DNA of 63,296 nt, the filler included, from Octopus bimaculoides (taxonomy: Eukaryota), in the NCBI RefSeq assembly GCF_001194135.2. It is 6 parts of 4 records of this genome, joined end to end, with 100 filler letters (N's around TTAATTAATTAA, not from the genome) between each part and the next. Parts side by side here need not be neighbours in the genome. Positions count along the whole stretch, not along the records: positions 61,017 to 63,296 come from NW_026315637.1; 5 more parts are not named here. One strand, 5' to 3'. Shown here piece after piece: positions 62,235 through 63,296 of this stretch. A model generated the notes under the pieces. It was given only the letters and a program-made list of their open reading frames with translations, did no database searches and had not been told where the DNA came from. The position numbers and the translations under genes were made by a program. The number at the start of each line of letters is the position of its first letter. The first letter of the stretch is position 1.

Positions 62235-63214
62235 TTACGCTAACATCCGCTGGGCAGGAAGTGAGTACATATCATGCATTGGACTGTTAAAAAAAACTTC
62301 CCTTAACCCTTTCCAATGTTATTTTAATTAACACGAAAAGTATTTTTATTGTAGTGCTTTCTGGGAAGAATTCGTAGTCCTATTCTTCCTCTACGACTTT
62401 GCNNNNNNNNNNNNNNNNNNNNNNNNNNNNNNNNNNNNNNNNNNNNNNNNNNNNNNNNNNNNNNNNNNNNNNNNNNNNNNNNNNNNNNNNNNNNNNNNNN
62501 NNNNNNNNNNNNNNNNNNNNNNNNNNNNNNNNNNNNNNNNNNNNNNNNNNNNNNNNNNNNNNNNNNNNNNNNNNNNNNNNNNNNNNNNNNNNNNNNNNNN
62601 NNNNNNNNNNNNNNNNNNNNNNNNNNNNNNNNNNNNNNNNNNNNNNNNNNNNNNNNNNNNNNNNNNNNNNNNNNNNNNNNNNNNNNNNNNNNNNNNNNNN
62701 NNNNNNNNNNNNNNNNNNNNNNNNNNNNNNNNNNNNNNNNNNNNNNNNNNNNNNNNNNNNNNNNNNNNNNNNNNNNNNNNNNNNNNNNNNNNNNNNNNNN
62801 NNNNNNNNNNNNNNNNNNNNNNNNNNNNNNNNNNNNNNNNNNNNNNNNNNNNNNNNNNNNNNNNNNNNNATATATATATATATATATATATATAGTTACC
62901 TTTCTGTTTAATGCTGTGTTTTTGCTTTATGCATAAAGTGCTCTAGAATATTTTTATTTACTCTAAAGTGCACCACTGCGAGTAAAAGCAAAACTAAAAC
63001 AGCTTTCAAATTCACTGATTCAAAAAAAGGCATCGTATAAAATAGATAAAAAGAATACTTAATACAGAAAAAAAGAAACAAGACAGAATTGCGTTAAATT
63101 GAACAGTTGCGGTAATATTGTATAACAACCATCCATTACTGTGGCTTGGTTTTAACGAAATGTTTTTGAATGTTTTAGGTTAAAGAGTTTATTATAAAGC
63201 AAGTTTAAAATGCG

Positions 63215-63226
63215 CAAGATGGCGGC
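63215..63226 (+). promoter_or_regulatory. YY1-consensus-like site CAAGATGGCGGC
   Basis: Exact 12-mer match to the YY1 consensus, preceded by TGCGCA; no linked gene is visible. Confidence 0.25.
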
Positions 63227-63249
63227 TAGCCATAAGCAAATCAGACGAT

Positions 63250-63296
<47 letters not shown>

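Overview
This is AT-rich, microsatellite- and SINE-dense animal genomic DNA. The repeat landscape looks like a coleoid cephalopod, probably Octopus; that is an inference. Five 100-bp gaps carrying a TTAATTAATTAA six-frame-stop linker cut the window into six pieces whose order and orientation should not be trusted. Almost every ORF in the supplied track is a microsatellite, N-gap or SINE artefact. The real coding signal is small: one nidogen-like NIDO exon (+, 8920-9122), two short eIF4H exons missed by the ORF track (-, 15942-15990 and 14549-14613), and one 2,063-nt Pro/Lys-rich orphan exon with repeated motifs (-, 57528-59590). Mobile-element remains include mariner/Tc1, maT-like, Merlin, RTE, Dong/R4, piggyBac-like MITEs and several tRNA-derived SINE families. 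The most interesting signal is a short element bounded by inverted repeats (10163-10512) that carries a near-canonical minimal type I hammerhead ribozyme with a palindromic stem III. A second, internally deleted copy lies at 53780-54058. This is a candidate Penelope-like or retrozyme-like non-autonomous element.
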